NCBI GenBank assembly: GCA_965223005.1
Contig: CBDCVK010000010.1
Location: 544,001-608,000, forward strand
Direction: 5' to 3'
DNA: 64,000 bases
DNA from: Terriglobia bacterium
Lineage (GTDB): Bacteria; Acidobacteriota; Terriglobia; JAJPHL01; JAPKYU01
Shown here: piece by piece, positions 32,052-42,106 of the stretch
Layout: each line of letters opens with the position of its first letter
Position numbering within the stretch: position 1 is the stretch's first letter
Program-made: the position numbers and the translations under genes
Notes under the pieces: model-generated
What the model was told of the DNA's origin: nothing
The model's input: only the letters and a program-made list of their open reading frames with translations
Databases searched by the model: none

Positions 32052-33122
32052 TCAAGGAGTCTCCTCGCCGGTGGCGTAGTAGCCCTTGCGGGTCTGGACG
32101 CGGAGATCTTTGCTGCGGGTCTTGATGCGGAGCTTCCGGAATGTCCCGTCGCGACGCGAATTGGATGAGGTGTAGCCCAGGCTGTACTGACTGCGGAGCT
32201 CCCGGGAGATTTCCTCAAACGCCTCCGGCAGGTTTCTGCTGCGCTCCACCCGAATCATGCGCCCGCCGGCCTGCTCCGACATCTTCCTAAGAGCGCGGTC
32301 GCCCGAGTAGCCTCCACGACTGTAGCGGCCGTAGAAGCGGGGGTCGAGGAACAGGATTCCGTAGAGAATGACGTCGGCCTTCTGCGCGGCCTCGATCGCT
32401 TCCCTCCGCTTCACCTTGCTGCCCTGGTCCTCTCCATCACTGATGACCACAATGGCCTTGCGTCCCACCTCGCGAGCCAGCTTTTCGCGGGCGGCCAGAA
32501 AGACCGCGTCGTAAAGGTGAGTGCCTCCCGCGCGCAGATTGGGAAAGGGCCCTCCGGAGGTGGGCACCGGCGCCGGTGCGGGAGCGTTCACCCGTAACCG
32601 CTCGAGCGCCCGGCGCAGCAAAACATGGCTGCCCGTCAGATCCTGCAGCAGGTCCACGTGCATGTCGAAGCTAATCAGGAACGCTAGGTCCTTCGATCCG
32701 ATCACGCGGCGAAAGAAGACCTCCCCCGCTTCCTGTTCGGCAGGAACCAGTCGCCACTGGCTGACGCTGGTATCCACCAGCAACCCCACGGTCAGCGGCA
32801 GGTTGGTCTCGCGCGAGAAGTAGCGGATCTGCTGTCGCCGCCCGTCCTCGAAAATCTTGAAGTCCTCTTTGGTGAGGGTGTTGACGAGTTTTCCCTTGCG
32901 GTCTTTCACCGTGCACAAGACGTTGACCACGTCCACGTCCACGCGGATCGTGGGCAGCGTCGGCTCACGCGCCGCCGCGTCCACCGCAACGCGACTCGGA
33001 TTGCGCTCTGTGGAGCGTTCCGGCGTGGGAGCGAACAGCATGCCGGGCAGGCAGCAGAGGCAACTCAGAACACACGCGACTCGCCCAGCAAGACTCATTG
33101 GTTTCATTGTAGGGGGTTTCAT
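32052..33122 (-). CDS. Acidobacterial-type VWA domain protein (secreted; start uncertain)
   Basis: IRVDVDVVNV, DTSVS MIDAS motif, GTHLYDAV, ISDGED, ELRSQYSLGY, RKGYY. Confidence 0.88.
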   Translation of the reverse strand: MKPPTMKPMSLAGRVACVLSCLCCLPGMLFAPTPERSTERNPSRVAVDAAAREPTLPTIRVDVDVVNVLCTVKDRKGKLVNTLTKEDFKIFEDGRRQQIRYFSRETNLPLTVGLLVDTSVSQWRLVPAEQEAGEVFFRRVIGSKDLAFLISFDMHVDLLQDLTGSHVLLRRALERLRVNAPAPAPVPTSGGPFPNLRAGGTHLYDAVFLAAREKLAREVGRKAIVVISDGEDQGSKVKRREAIEAAQKADVILYGILFLDPRFYGRYSRGGYSGDRALRKMSEQAGGRMIRVERSRNLPEAFEEISRELRSQYSLGYTSSNSRRDGTFRKLRIKTRSKDLRVQTRKGYYATGEETP

Positions 33123-33342
33123 TGTAGGCCACCAGAGGCACTTTGAGAAATCCGATCGTTTCGCAGCTGCTGGCCTGTCAAAGCTGCAGATTGCTTCTCC
33201 TACAATGCAGCGCTGCGCGCGATCACTCTTCTCGCTCGATTCCCACTTAAACTGGACGCAAGTAGCGAACTCCGAGTTTCAATCGTCGTTCATCGGCGAA
33301 AGTTTCCGATTGGATGGTTGTATTCCTCGACTCACTTTTCTC

Positions 33343-33371
33343 TTGACATCAACGCAGTCAACCTCTATACA
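33343..33371 (+). promoter_or_regulatory. Putative sigma70 promoter for the Lys-rich microprotein
   Basis: TTGACA(33343)-17 nt-TATACA(33366). Confidence 0.6.
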
Positions 33372-33424
33372 TGGAACATCATCACGATGCAGAATGCATT
33401 GCGATGAGAAGGGAGAAAAAGCTG

Positions 33425-33490
33425 ATGAAATGCGCAGCTAAGAAGAAAGCGGCGAAGAAGAAAGCAAAAGGCAAAAAGAAAAAGAAGTAG
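33425..33490 (+). CDS. 21-aa Lys/Ala-rich microprotein MKCAAKKKAAKKKAKGKKKKK (alternative start 33404, 28 aa)
   Basis: Hand translation; AAGGGAG RBS; own promoter and terminator. Confidence 0.6.
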   Translation: MKCAAKKKAAKKKAKGKKKKK

Positions 33491-33515
33491 CTTTCAACTT
33501 CGTCAAGATTCGACC

Positions 33516-33549
33516 GGGCCTCGCTAACAGCGAGGCCCATTTACTTTTT
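33516..33549 (+). terminator. Rho-independent terminator
   Basis: gggcctcgct-aac-agcgaggccc perfect 10-bp stem followed by atttacttttt. Confidence 0.8.
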
Positions 33550-33748
33550 GGGTCTCCGCGTCGTACGTCCACGCCCGGCAGCCTGCGTAGCGAGAGGTCG
33601 ACCTTCCGCAGAAACCACTGCGGGCCGCTGAAACGTCTTCCTTCAAACGATTCCAGCGAGACGCACAACGGAATGTCTGTATCGCACTGTTGGGTTTCTG
33701 GGCGGCTGTGCAGCCGTTCCTACCTGCGCCAGCTATTTCACCGGCACG

Positions 33749-34117
33749 CTAACTGATGTCGAGCGCCGACAGCAGCTCCTCGATGGTGGCGGCATCCACT
33801 ACGATGCTGGCGGCTTCCCGCTGAAGCTGCTCGCTCTGATCGAAGGCGCGGAACAGCCGCATCTTGGCGGCGGCGTATTGCTCGGTGGGAGACAGCGGGC
33901 GCCGGTGTACCTTGTCCCAGGATCGCACCGCGTCGTCATAGATGAACACCGGAACCGGAAAGTTGGTCTTGCGGTCCACGGAGACGTCGAACAGGTACTC
34001 GGTGCCGGAGCGCCACCACCCGCGCCTTGCCCGCCGCTGGCTGACAAACACGTACTGGTAGACAACTCCGGTCTCCCCGGAATAGCTCTTAACGCGGCGT
34101 AGGGGGCGGCTGCCCAC
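33749..34117 (-). CDS. Conserved hypothetical protein
   Basis: RRVKSYSGETGVVYQY...EQYAAAKMRLFRAFD; GC3-biased codons. Confidence 0.7.
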   Translation of the reverse strand: MGSRPLRRVKSYSGETGVVYQYVFVSQRRARRGWWRSGTEYLFDVSVDRKTNFPVPVFIYDDAVRSWDKVHRRPLSPTEQYAAAKMRLFRAFDQSEQLQREAASIVVDAATIEELLSALDIS

Positions 34118-34325
34118 CTGAACAGTTTACTCAACGAGGGAAAAATGGGAAGAAACGCAACATCCCACCCTGTTTCGGTAACCGCCTCGCACCTTCACCC
34201 GTTTCGGAATCTGTTGTAGGCCCGGGCCTTATCCGGCAACCGCACACTTGGCCGCCAGCGTGCAACTCCTTCGTATGTAGTTTGGTACTCGCGGCGTTTG
34301 GTCCCGCCTGGGGGCCGGTTGCGGC

Positions 34326-34354
34326 TTTACAAGGGCAAGTCCGGAGAGTAGACT
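34326..34354 (+). promoter_or_regulatory. Putative sigma70 promoter of the pilin cluster
   Basis: TTTACA-17 nt-TAGACT. Confidence 0.45.
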
Positions 34355-34421
34355 TTTGTAGTTGGGTTGCTGAGGTAACCCGAAAAGCTCATCCCCCGCT
34401 GGCAGTGAGAAGGATTTTCTC

Positions 34422-35021
34422 ATGCGGCATCCAATGATCGACGAAACAGAGGGCACGCGCAGTTCCAAAAGCGGCTTTAGCATCATCGAACTGATTATCG
34501 TCGTGGTCATCATTATGGTGCTGGCCGGCATGGCGGCTAAGTGGATGTCGCCGGCCATCCGTAGCTACCGGCTCAGCGGCACCGCGTTCGAGATTGCCGC
34601 CATGGCGAGGTTGGCCCGGATCAAGGCCACAACCGCGGACGCCCGCTACCGGGCGCTGGTGAACACGTCGGCGCGCACCTACCAAGTGCAGCGTTACCCC
34701 CGGGGAGGCACTTCCTGGTTGACTTTCGATGTTGGGGCGTCCTCGCAGCAAGTTCCGTGGCCCTCTAACCTCCTGGCTACGGGCGTCAACTTCAGCACCA
34801 CCGGAATCACCGCGGCTCCGCCGGGACAGAGCACGACCCAGGCCACCGAGATGGTCTTTAACACGCGCGGTCTGCTGATCAATCCCAGCACCGGAGTTCC
34901 GGTCAATGGTCGTTGCTTCTACTTGCAGGGCAACACCGATCGGCCGCTTGCCGTATGCGCGAACCTGGCGGGAAAGGTAACGGTGTACCGGCGCTTCGGC
35001 AGCGTCTGGGAGGTGCAGTAG
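34422..35021 (+). CDS. Type IV minor pilin, FimT/GspH-like
   Basis: Class III signal G|FSIIE followed by a hydrophobic helix; FNTRG motif. Confidence 0.85.
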   Translation: MRHPMIDETEGTRSSKSGFSIIELIIVVVIIMVLAGMAAKWMSPAIRSYRLSGTAFEIAAMARLARIKATTADARYRALVNTSARTYQVQRYPRGGTSWLTFDVGASSQQVPWPSNLLATGVNFSTTGITAAPPGQSTTQATEMVFNTRGLLINPSTGVPVNGRCFYLQGNTDRPLAVCANLAGKVTVYRRFGSVWEVQ

Positions 35022-35033
35022 CACGGAGGGTTC

Positions 35034-35507
35034 ATGCAGAAACGAGCTTCTAACTCGCAAAGCGGGACCACGCTGATCGAAACGATGATCGCCGTCGCCA
35101 TCTGCACGATCGTGGTGTTCAGTCTGGCGGGACTGGTGAGCCTGGCCACCCGGCAGAGCAAGGACATGGGCACCACTGCGGCTCAGGCTGCTGCGCTAGC
35201 CGCTGAGCAAATGGACATCTTCATGGCACTCCAGTTTGCCGACACCCAACTCGCTGCCGGAGGCAGCTTGACCACGAATACCTCTGGCTACGTGGACTAC
35301 CTGAAAGTTGATGGGACCTCCACCACCAGCAGCGCGGCCGACCTCTTTTTCACACGGCGCTGGAAGGTGACCACCAGCGGCTTTCCGACCGGCCTCAAGC
35401 TGATTCAGGTGCGGGTCCAGGGCAGGTCGATCGGACAGGGGGTGAGCCCTGCGGCCACTGTGGGCGCTTACAAGAGCAATGAGCAGTCACCCACGCCCAC
35501 ACCGTGA
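35034..35507 (+). CDS. Type IV minor pilin, PilV-like
   Basis: G|TTLIETMIAVAI prepilin motif; RRWKV. Confidence 0.85.
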   Translation: MQKRASNSQSGTTLIETMIAVAICTIVVFSLAGLVSLATRQSKDMGTTAAQAAALAAEQMDIFMALQFADTQLAAGGSLTTNTSGYVDYLKVDGTSTTSSAADLFFTRRWKVTTSGFPTGLKLIQVRVQGRSIGQGVSPAATVGAYKSNEQSPTPTP

Positions 35508-35556
35508 ACGAAATGTGCTTCCGGCGCCGTGGCCCGTGGATTCATGGATTGGCGCG

Positions 35557-36687
35557 ATGACAGACATGACGATTTTCCCAGTTCGCTCGCATAAGCCAGT
35601 TCGCTTGCATAAGGGAGCTGGACGGATCATCCCTGCCGCCAGCTGGCCTGCCGGCAGCCGTGGTTTCTCCCTGGTGGAGTTGTTGGTTAGCATCGTAGTG
35701 CTGAGCATCATCCTGGGGGCGCTGATGCAGTTCATGAGTATGCTCCAGCGACGCTACACCCAGGCCCAGCGCACCAGCGGGATCGGGCAGACGGGCAAAT
35801 CGACCACGGACCTACTGGCCATGGACATCGGCCAGGCGGGTTTTTATAGGGGAAGGAGCACCACAAATTCGGCGGCCATCGCCATCGGCACCCAGACCGT
35901 CACGCTGGCCGATAGCACTGGTATTTTTCCGGGCAGCGTCATCATTGTGGACACCGGCATGGATCAGGAACCTGTACCGCTGTCAGCTGTGACTCATAGC
36001 AGCAACCAGGTCACCGGGCTTTTCCGGGTGGATCATGCCATCACGCGTCCAGTACGGCTCAGCGATGTGCCCTACCCTGAGGGAATCCTGGCCCCGGTGA
36101 CGAGAGATGCCACTGGCACTCTTATTGCCAACACCGCAGGCTCCAACGCGACTACTTTGAAACTCATGGGGGACTTCCGCGACGACGGCACGCTGCGCTA
36201 CGTTGAATACCGCTACAGCTCCGCCACCAGCAGCACGACGGCTTGCACCACGCCGCCTTGCGCTCTGTGGCGGTCCGACTCTTGCGTGCCTGGCACCGAG
36301 ACCGGTTGCACCATCACCACGCAGAATGCAGCAGTCATGGTAGCCGACAACCTGATGAACACGCCGACAGCGGGTGTGTTCAACTATTTCCTGCTGTGCC
36401 GTACCGGCACGCTTCCCACGCTCGCTTATGTCACGTATCTGAACACCTCGTACGCTACAGCGGTGACCCCTTGTGCTTCTGTGGCCCACTTTTACGTGCT
36501 AGGGGTCGAAGTGAACCTGCAACTGCGCACGCAAGCCTCGGTGGAGCGCGGAGCCGGCGGGACCACCACCATCGAAGTGCGGCAAACCTTTGCGCCGCGC
36601 AACATCCGGCACGCTCTGGAGGTCAGCCTGGACGGGCTGCAACGTTGGGTGCCTGACAAGCCCCCGGCTGTTCCGCTGGCGCCATAG
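35557..36687 (+). CDS. Type IV minor pilin, PilW-like (start uncertain)
   Basis: G|FSLVELLVSIVVL; DIGQAG; Cys/Thr-rich C-terminal part. Confidence 0.82.
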   Translation: MTDMTIFPVRSHKPVRLHKGAGRIIPAASWPAGSRGFSLVELLVSIVVLSIILGALMQFMSMLQRRYTQAQRTSGIGQTGKSTTDLLAMDIGQAGFYRGRSTTNSAAIAIGTQTVTLADSTGIFPGSVIIVDTGMDQEPVPLSAVTHSSNQVTGLFRVDHAITRPVRLSDVPYPEGILAPVTRDATGTLIANTAGSNATTLKLMGDFRDDGTLRYVEYRYSSATSSTTACTTPPCALWRSDSCVPGTETGCTITTQNAAVMVADNLMNTPTAGVFNYFLLCRTGTLPTLAYVTYLNTSYATAVTPCASVAHFYVLGVEVNLQLRTQASVERGAGGTTTIEVRQTFAPRNIRHALEVSLDGLQRWVPDKPPAVPLAP

Positions 36688-36700
36688 GAGGGGGGAGAAA

Positions 36701-38442
36701 ATGCACCGAACGCCGAACCCACAACCTGGCATAGCTGGCCCAGCTCAGAAGAGAAAAGACGAGCGCGGCATGGCCCTGGTCTTCGCCCTGATGGGCATCC
36801 TCATACTGTCAATGCTGGCGGCCGCCCTGCTGGTTGTGACCAACGCGGACACCCTTGCCAGCTTCAACTACAAGAACCAAATCCAGGGCAGCTATGTTGC
36901 CCTGGCCGGTGTGCATCGGACGGTGGACTGGTTCCGCGTTACTTACAGCCCGTGGCTCAACTCCGTGACGGGAAGTCCGCTCAGGGCGACCAACCCGCCG
37001 ATCCTCGCCACCACCTACGGGGGCACCTCGAACTCACCCACCCTCAGCAGCAACCCTGTCGTGCTGGGCGACAGCGCTAACTTCCCCACCGTCTCTTCCA
37101 ATACCATTGCGAACAGTTTCAGCAGCATGCGCAGCACCCTGAACACGATCGCGCTTGAAAACGCGACCGGCGACTTCACCATCAAGGACGCCACGCTGCT
37201 CTCTCATGACCGCTACAAGGCCTTCGATGGCGTGACGGACCGCATCGTCGAGCGCTGGCGGCTGCGCGTGCAGGGCAGGATAAGAGACGGGGCGGGCAGA
37301 GAGCTGGCTGTGGTAGAGGAGACCGCTGTCTTCCAGACGGCGCCACTTCCCATCTTCGGCAATGCGCTCCAGGGCCAGTGTTCACTGACAATGGTTGGCT
37401 CCCTCACCGTCGATTCCTTTGACTCGAGCAACGAACCTTACGGGGGCTCGAACCTGTTCACAGGGCCGGACGCGGGCGCCAACGTCGCCTCCAACTCTTT
37501 CACCGGCTCCTCGGGAAGCTCCGGCGTAATCAATGGAGACGTTTACTACGGCGCCACCCCGGACACCGCCGGGGGGTGCAGCAGCTCAGGCGAAAGCGTG
37601 ACCCACAGTATCGTACAAGGAGACGTCGAAGAGTACCCGTCGATGCCATACCCGCCGATTGTTCCGACGTTTACTACGGCGCCACCCCGGACACCGCCGG
37701 GGGGTGCAGCAGCTCAGGCGAAAGCGTGACCCACAGTATCGTACAAGGAGACGTCGAAGAGTACCCGTCGATGCCATACCCGCCGATTGTTCCGACGTTT
37801 ACTACCGCCACCATGAGCAAAGATTGTGCCGCCAAAAGCAGCTTCCACGTCAGTGGGGACTACTTCAGGTATACTCCAAATACTACCAGCACCAACAACA
37901 TGTCTACATGCGGCCTTACCGGTAACCAAGAGTTGCTGCTTACCGTTCCCGTCGTAGATGAGAGTGGTGGACCCGTCGCGCCAAACACGTTCTTCGTGGA
38001 AGGCATCAGCGTAGGTTCGGCGAATAATGTGGTGCGTGTTACCAAGTCAGGAAGCGGCGAACCCGGCACTTTGTGTTCGAGTGCCGACCCGAACACTGCT
38101 CGCTGCCCGAGAACGTCTCTTTATGTAAGTACCCTTTTGAATTTGGGTGGCGGTGGCTTACTTTCGGCATCGGGGGGCAATTGTGATCCCACCCGCTTTG
38201 CCGTTTACTACACCGGTACGGCCGACGCCACGTTAGGTGGGACCAGCGGATTCTGCGGCACCATCTACGCCCCCAATGCGAGGGTGACTATTCAGGGCAA
38301 CACAGTCGTCCATGGGGCCATCACAGCCAAGGAGGTAGTCACCGGAGGCGGCGTACAAATCCACTATGACCTGGCACTGGCGCGGATGAAAGTCATGGTC
38401 GCTCCGTTCCGAATCATCAATCAGAGCCGCGACGTATTCTGA
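36701..38442 (+). pseudogene. PilX-like minor pilin with a large C-terminal domain, frameshifted by a 128-bp tandem duplication
   Basis: G|MALVF motif (no Glu5, typical of PilX/GspK); removing one 128-bp copy gives an open 537-aa frame ending GTIYAPNA..IHYD. Confidence 0.8.
37538..37805 (+). repeat. Exact 128-bp tandem duplication bounded by 12-bp GACGTTTACTAC
   Basis: 12-mer at 37538, 37666 and 37794; intervening 128-bp units read identical. Confidence 0.92.
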
Positions 38443-38458
38443 TTTCTCGGGGTATCTT

Positions 38459-39019
38459 ATGAAACAGGTTTGGATGACACTGGTTGTGGGCGTGATTCTG
38501 GCGCTGGGAGCCGGCCAGACCGAGGCCCAACAGGCGCCCCCGGCGAAAAAAACGACGGCCAAGAAGCGGCCCCGGAAGGCAAGAAAAGTTTGGACCAACG
38601 ACGATTTCCCGGAACGCCCGGCGCCGAAGGCAGAGAAGAAGACGAAACATGTGACCGAGGAAGAGAAAAAGGCCGCGGTGAATGAGAAGCTCGAGGAACT
38701 TGACTCGCAGCAAGCAAGAACTCAGGGCGAGGTGGACTGGCAGCAGTCACGACGCGGGGAGTTGCTGGTGGAAATCCGAGCCTTGGAAAAACGGATCAGC
38801 GCGACCTCCTCTCAACTGGAGCAGCTGGCCATCAACGCGGAACTCCAAGAAAAGCGGAAGGAACTGTTGAAGGTGGACGACCAGGTAGGGAAGGACCGCT
38901 TCAAGGTGCAGCAAATCAAGTACGACAAACAAGAACTGCTGGCGCCGTACGAAACCGGCGATTACGGGGTTCCTCTGACGCCCAAGGAAAAAGCAGAACA
39001 GAAGAAACAAGGGCCCTAA
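38459..39019 (+). CDS. Secreted coiled-coil hypothetical protein
   Basis: Signal peptide, KVWTNDD motif, Lys/Glu-rich coiled coil. Confidence 0.75.
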   Translation: MKQVWMTLVVGVILALGAGQTEAQQAPPAKKTTAKKRPRKARKVWTNDDFPERPAPKAEKKTKHVTEEEKKAAVNEKLEELDSQQARTQGEVDWQQSRRGELLVEIRALEKRISATSSQLEQLAINAELQEKRKELLKVDDQVGKDRFKVQQIKYDKQELLAPYETGDYGVPLTPKEKAEQKKQGP

Positions 39020-39089
39020 CTGACTCCCCCGAAGCCCTAGCTATTTCCCCACCCGGACACCTAAGACACATCAGCGCGCCACGAGAAGT

Positions 39090-39407
39090 TCAGGGACTAA
39101 AGGAAGCGCCGCATCCACAACTCTTCTGGGCGTTGGGATTCTCGAGCTGGAAGCATTGTTCCATCAACGTTTCCTTCCAGTCCAGCGTCAACCCTTTCAG
39201 GTAGAGCAAGCTCTTGGGGTCCATGAAGACCTTGGCTCCATCAAATTCAAAGGTGCGGTCCTTGGGGCCAGGCGCGTTCTCAAACCGGATAACGTAGGTG
39301 AGCCCCGAACATCCTCCGCCCCGAACGCCCAGGCGCAAGCCGGCCAGGTGCTCCTGCTCCATCATCGTCCGCACCTTGCGGATGGCGCTTTCGGTCAACT
39401 GAATCAT
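39090..39407 (-). CDS. iscA: A-type Fe-S carrier (IscA/SufA/HesB)
   Basis: GGGCSG, NPNA..SCGCG.SF. Confidence 0.9.
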   Translation of the reverse strand: MIQLTESAIRKVRTMMEQEHLAGLRLGVRGGGCSGLTYVIRFENAPGPKDRTFEFDGAKVFMDPKSLLYLKGLTLDWKETLMEQCFQLENPNAQKSCGCGASFSP

Positions 39408-39458
39408 ATCCGTTCCTTCATCGCGCAGGACCAGGCCCCTTCACGCGGTCTGGCTGCC

Positions 39459-40712
39459 TTAGGAGGCTTTGGAGGAACCCAGCCGCTCAGCTTCGTACAG
39501 CGGCGAGAGTTCGCGCAACTGGTGGACGACACTGGCAACGCGCTCCACCACGTAGTCCACCTCCTCCTCGGTGTTGAAGCGGCCGAGGCCGAAGCGAAGG
39601 GAAGCCTGGGTCAGATCTTCATCCACCCCCAGGGCCCGCAGCACGTAGGAGGGCTCCTGGGAGGCCGAAGTGCAAGCCGAGCCACTGGAGACCGCCACGT
39701 CGTTTAGCCCCATCAGCAGCGACTCGCCTTCCACGTAAGCGAAGCTCAAGTTGAGGTTGCCTGGCAGCCGACCCCTCGGGTGTCCGTTCAGATGGACTTC
39801 GTCCAGCCGGGCCAGGATTCCCTCTTGCAGCCGGTCGCGCAGGCCCGCCAGACGTCGGGCCTCCTCGGGCATCTCCCGCTGGGCCAACTCGCACGCCTTG
39901 CCGAAGCCCACAATGCTGGGCACCGGCAGGGTGCCGGAGCGCAGTCCACGCTCGTGCCCGCCGCCATCCAGCATGGGGGCCAACTCCACACGCCGATCGC
40001 GCCGTCGGACGTAGAGGGCGCCCACGCCTTTGGGCCCGTACATCTTGTGAGCCGAGAGTGAGGCCAGGTCCACCTGCACTTCCTCGACGTCAAATGGTAC
40101 CTTGCCCGCCGCCTGAGTGGCGTCGCAGTGGAACAGCACTTCTCTGTGCCTGTCGTGCCTGTCGTGCCTGTCGTGCCTGTCGTGCCTGTCGTGCCTGTCG
40201 TGACAGATGCGTCCAACCTCGGCTAGCGGGTGCAGCACGCCGATCTCGTTGTTGGCGGCCATCAGGGTCACCAGAATGGTTTCGTCCCCGATGGCTCGAC
40301 GCACATCGTCGGGGTCCACCTGGCCTGATTCGTTTACCGGCAGGTAGCTCACCCGGAAACCTTCCTGCTCCAGGCGCCGGCAGGTATCCAGCACTGCCCG
40401 GTGCTCCGTTACACAGGTGACGATATGATTACCGCGTTCGCGGTGCCGCCACGCCACACCCTTGATGGCCAAGTTGTCGCTTTCGGTGGCCCCGGAGGTG
40501 AAGATGATTTCCTTGGAGCTGGCGTGAATGAGCGCGGCCACCTGCTTACGGGCCTCCTCCACCGCCTGCTCGGCTTCCCAGCCGAAGACGTGGTTGCGGC
40601 TGGCCGCATTGCCGAACTTCTCCAGGAAGAAGGGTGCCATTGCCTCAAACACGCGCGGGTCCACCGGGGTGGTGGCGTGATGGTCCATGTAGATCGGCAG
40701 CTTCACTGTCAT
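39459..40712 (-). CDS. iscS: Cysteine desulfurase, group I, with (HDR)6 insertion
   Basis: [33 protein letters not shown]. Confidence 0.93.
   Translation of the reverse strand: MTVKLPIYMDHHATTPVDPRVFEAMAPFFLEKFGNAASRNHVFGWEAEQAVEEARKQVAALIHASSKEIIFTSGATESDNLAIKGVAWRHRERGNHIVTCVTEHRAVLDTCRRLEQEGFRVSYLPVNESGQVDPDDVRRAIGDETILVTLMAANNEIGVLHPLAEVGRICHDRHDRHDRHDRHDRHDRHREVLFHCDATQAAGKVPFDVEEVQVDLASLSAHKMYGPKGVGALYVRRRDRRVELAPMLDGGGHERGLRSGTLPVPSIVGFGKACELAQREMPEEARRLAGLRDRLQEGILARLDEVHLNGHPRGRLPGNLNLSFAYVEGESLLMGLNDVAVSSGSACTSASQEPSYVLRALGVDEDLTQASLRFGLGRFNTEEEVDYVVERVASVVHQLRELSPLYEAERLGSSKAS
40146..40202. repeat. 9-bp tandem repeat (GTGCCTGTC)x6 inside iscS
   Basis: Six perfect units at 40146-40199 plus a partial unit; in frame. 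Confidence 0.95.
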
Positions 40713-40763
40713 TCTCGCAAGCCCCCGGCCTCCTGCCTCAAGTCTGCAGCCTCACGCACGCGC

Positions 40764-41270
40764 TTACATTCCTTTGCCGGAGACAACGGGAACGCGCCGA
40801 TCGTCCATGACCCCGGACACCTCGACCAGACCCTTGACCCAGGCGCTCATCGCTTGTTCGTTGCACAGCAGGTCCCTCAGCGTGGTCCTGCTCAACACCT
40901 GGTCCAGTACCAATTGCACCGCGCGCCACAGCGAGCGGATGGAGCAATCCACTGAGTGCGTGCAGGCTTGCTCGGTTCCTGAGTGCCGTTCGCAAAACTC
41001 TGGTTCAAACAACCGATCCCCGAGCACTGCCATCGCCTGCCCCACGCTGATCTCTCCGGGTGCGCGCGCCAGGGTATAGCCTCCTGTCTGCCCGCGCACG
41101 CTCTTCACCAGTCCGCCCCGGCGCAGGACCCCCATGAGCTTGCCCACATAGTGGCTGGAGATTCCTTCGGCCCTGCTGATCTCGGGAATCGTCAGGCTCC
41201 CGCCCTCCCCCAGACCTCCGATCTGGAGCAGGCAGCGCAACCCGTATTCTTCTTGAGCACTCAATTTCAT
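40764..41270 (-). CDS. Rrf2 family Fe-S-sensing transcriptional regulator
   Basis: EEYGLR, SVRGQTGGYTLAR, three Cys (FC..AC..DC). Confidence 0.9.
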   Translation of the reverse strand: MKLSAQEEYGLRCLLQIGGLGEGGSLTIPEISRAEGISSHYVGKLMGVLRRGGLVKSVRGQTGGYTLARAPGEISVGQAMAVLGDRLFEPEFCERHSGTEQACTHSVDCSIRSLWRAVQLVLDQVLSRTTLRDLLCNEQAMSAWVKGLVEVSGVMDDRRVPVVSGKGM

Positions 41271-41312
41271 CGTCAAATCCTCCTACCGGACCGGATCGAA
41301 CACGAAGCCCCT

Positions 41313-41633
41313 TCACATAAAGCCGAGGTTGAGCTTGGCGCGTTCCGACATCTTGCTCTGGTCCCAGGGCGGGTCCCAAACCACCTCCACTTTGGCCCCG
41401 GTGACGCCGGGAATGGACTTCAGCTTGTTTTCCACCTCCGGGGGCAGCGAGCCTGCCACCGGACAGGCGGGTGAGGTGAGGGTCATCTTGACGTTCACTT
41501 GGCCGGGAGGCTCGACTTTCACCTCATAGATCAATCCCAACTCATAAATGTCGACTGGAATCTCCGGATCGTAGCAGCTTTTTAACTGCTCGATCGCTTT
41601 CTCTTCGATGGCAATCAGTTCGTGAAATCCCAT
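41313..41633 (-). CDS. sufT: SufT / DUF59 Fe-S assembly protein
   Basis: DPEIPVDIYELGLIY, MTLTSPACP, WDPPW. Confidence 0.88.
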   Translation of the reverse strand: MGFHELIAIEEKAIEQLKSCYDPEIPVDIYELGLIYEVKVEPPGQVNVKMTLTSPACPVAGSLPPEVENKLKSIPGVTGAKVEVVWDPPWDQSKMSERAKLNLGFM

Positions 41634-41638
41634 TGGAA

Positions 41639-42106
41639 TCACTCCGTGGAGGTGATTTCGCCGCTTCCCCGCATGGCGGCGCGCAGGGTGTGCCAGGCCA
41701 GCGTGGCGCACTTGACCCGCACCGGATACTTCGAGACGCCGGAGAACACCGCCAGCTTGCCCAGTTCGGCCGCGGGAACGCCGCTGCGGTCCCCTTCGGT
41801 AACCAACTGATGAAACTTCTCAAACAGGGTTTCCGCCTCCGACCGGCTCTTGCCTTTCAGGCTCTCGGTCAGGATGGAGGCCGAAGCGGTGGAGATGGCA
41901 CAGCCGGAGCCCTCAAAGCTGATGTCGCGCACCCGGTCATCCTCCAGCTTCACGTAAATCCGAACCCGGTCGCCACACAGCGGGTTATACCCTTCCGCGT
42001 CGCCGGTCGCCCCTTCCAGCCCCTTGAAGTTGCGGGGCCTCCGGCTGTGGTCGACGATGACCTCCTGGTAGAGGTCGTGCAGGTCCGTCAGCATCTCCTC
42101 GGGCAT
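41639..42106 (-). CDS. sufU: SufU Fe-S assembly protein
   Basis: LYQEVIVDH, NPLCGD, GCAIS, RVKCATL; TGATG overlap with sufS. Confidence 0.92.
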   Translation of the reverse strand: MPEEMLTDLHDLYQEVIVDHSRRPRNFKGLEGATGDAEGYNPLCGDRVRIYVKLEDDRVRDISFEGSGCAISTASASILTESLKGKSRSEAETLFEKFHQLVTEGDRSGVPAAELGKLAVFSGVSKYPVRVKCATLAWHTLRAAMRGSGEITSTE

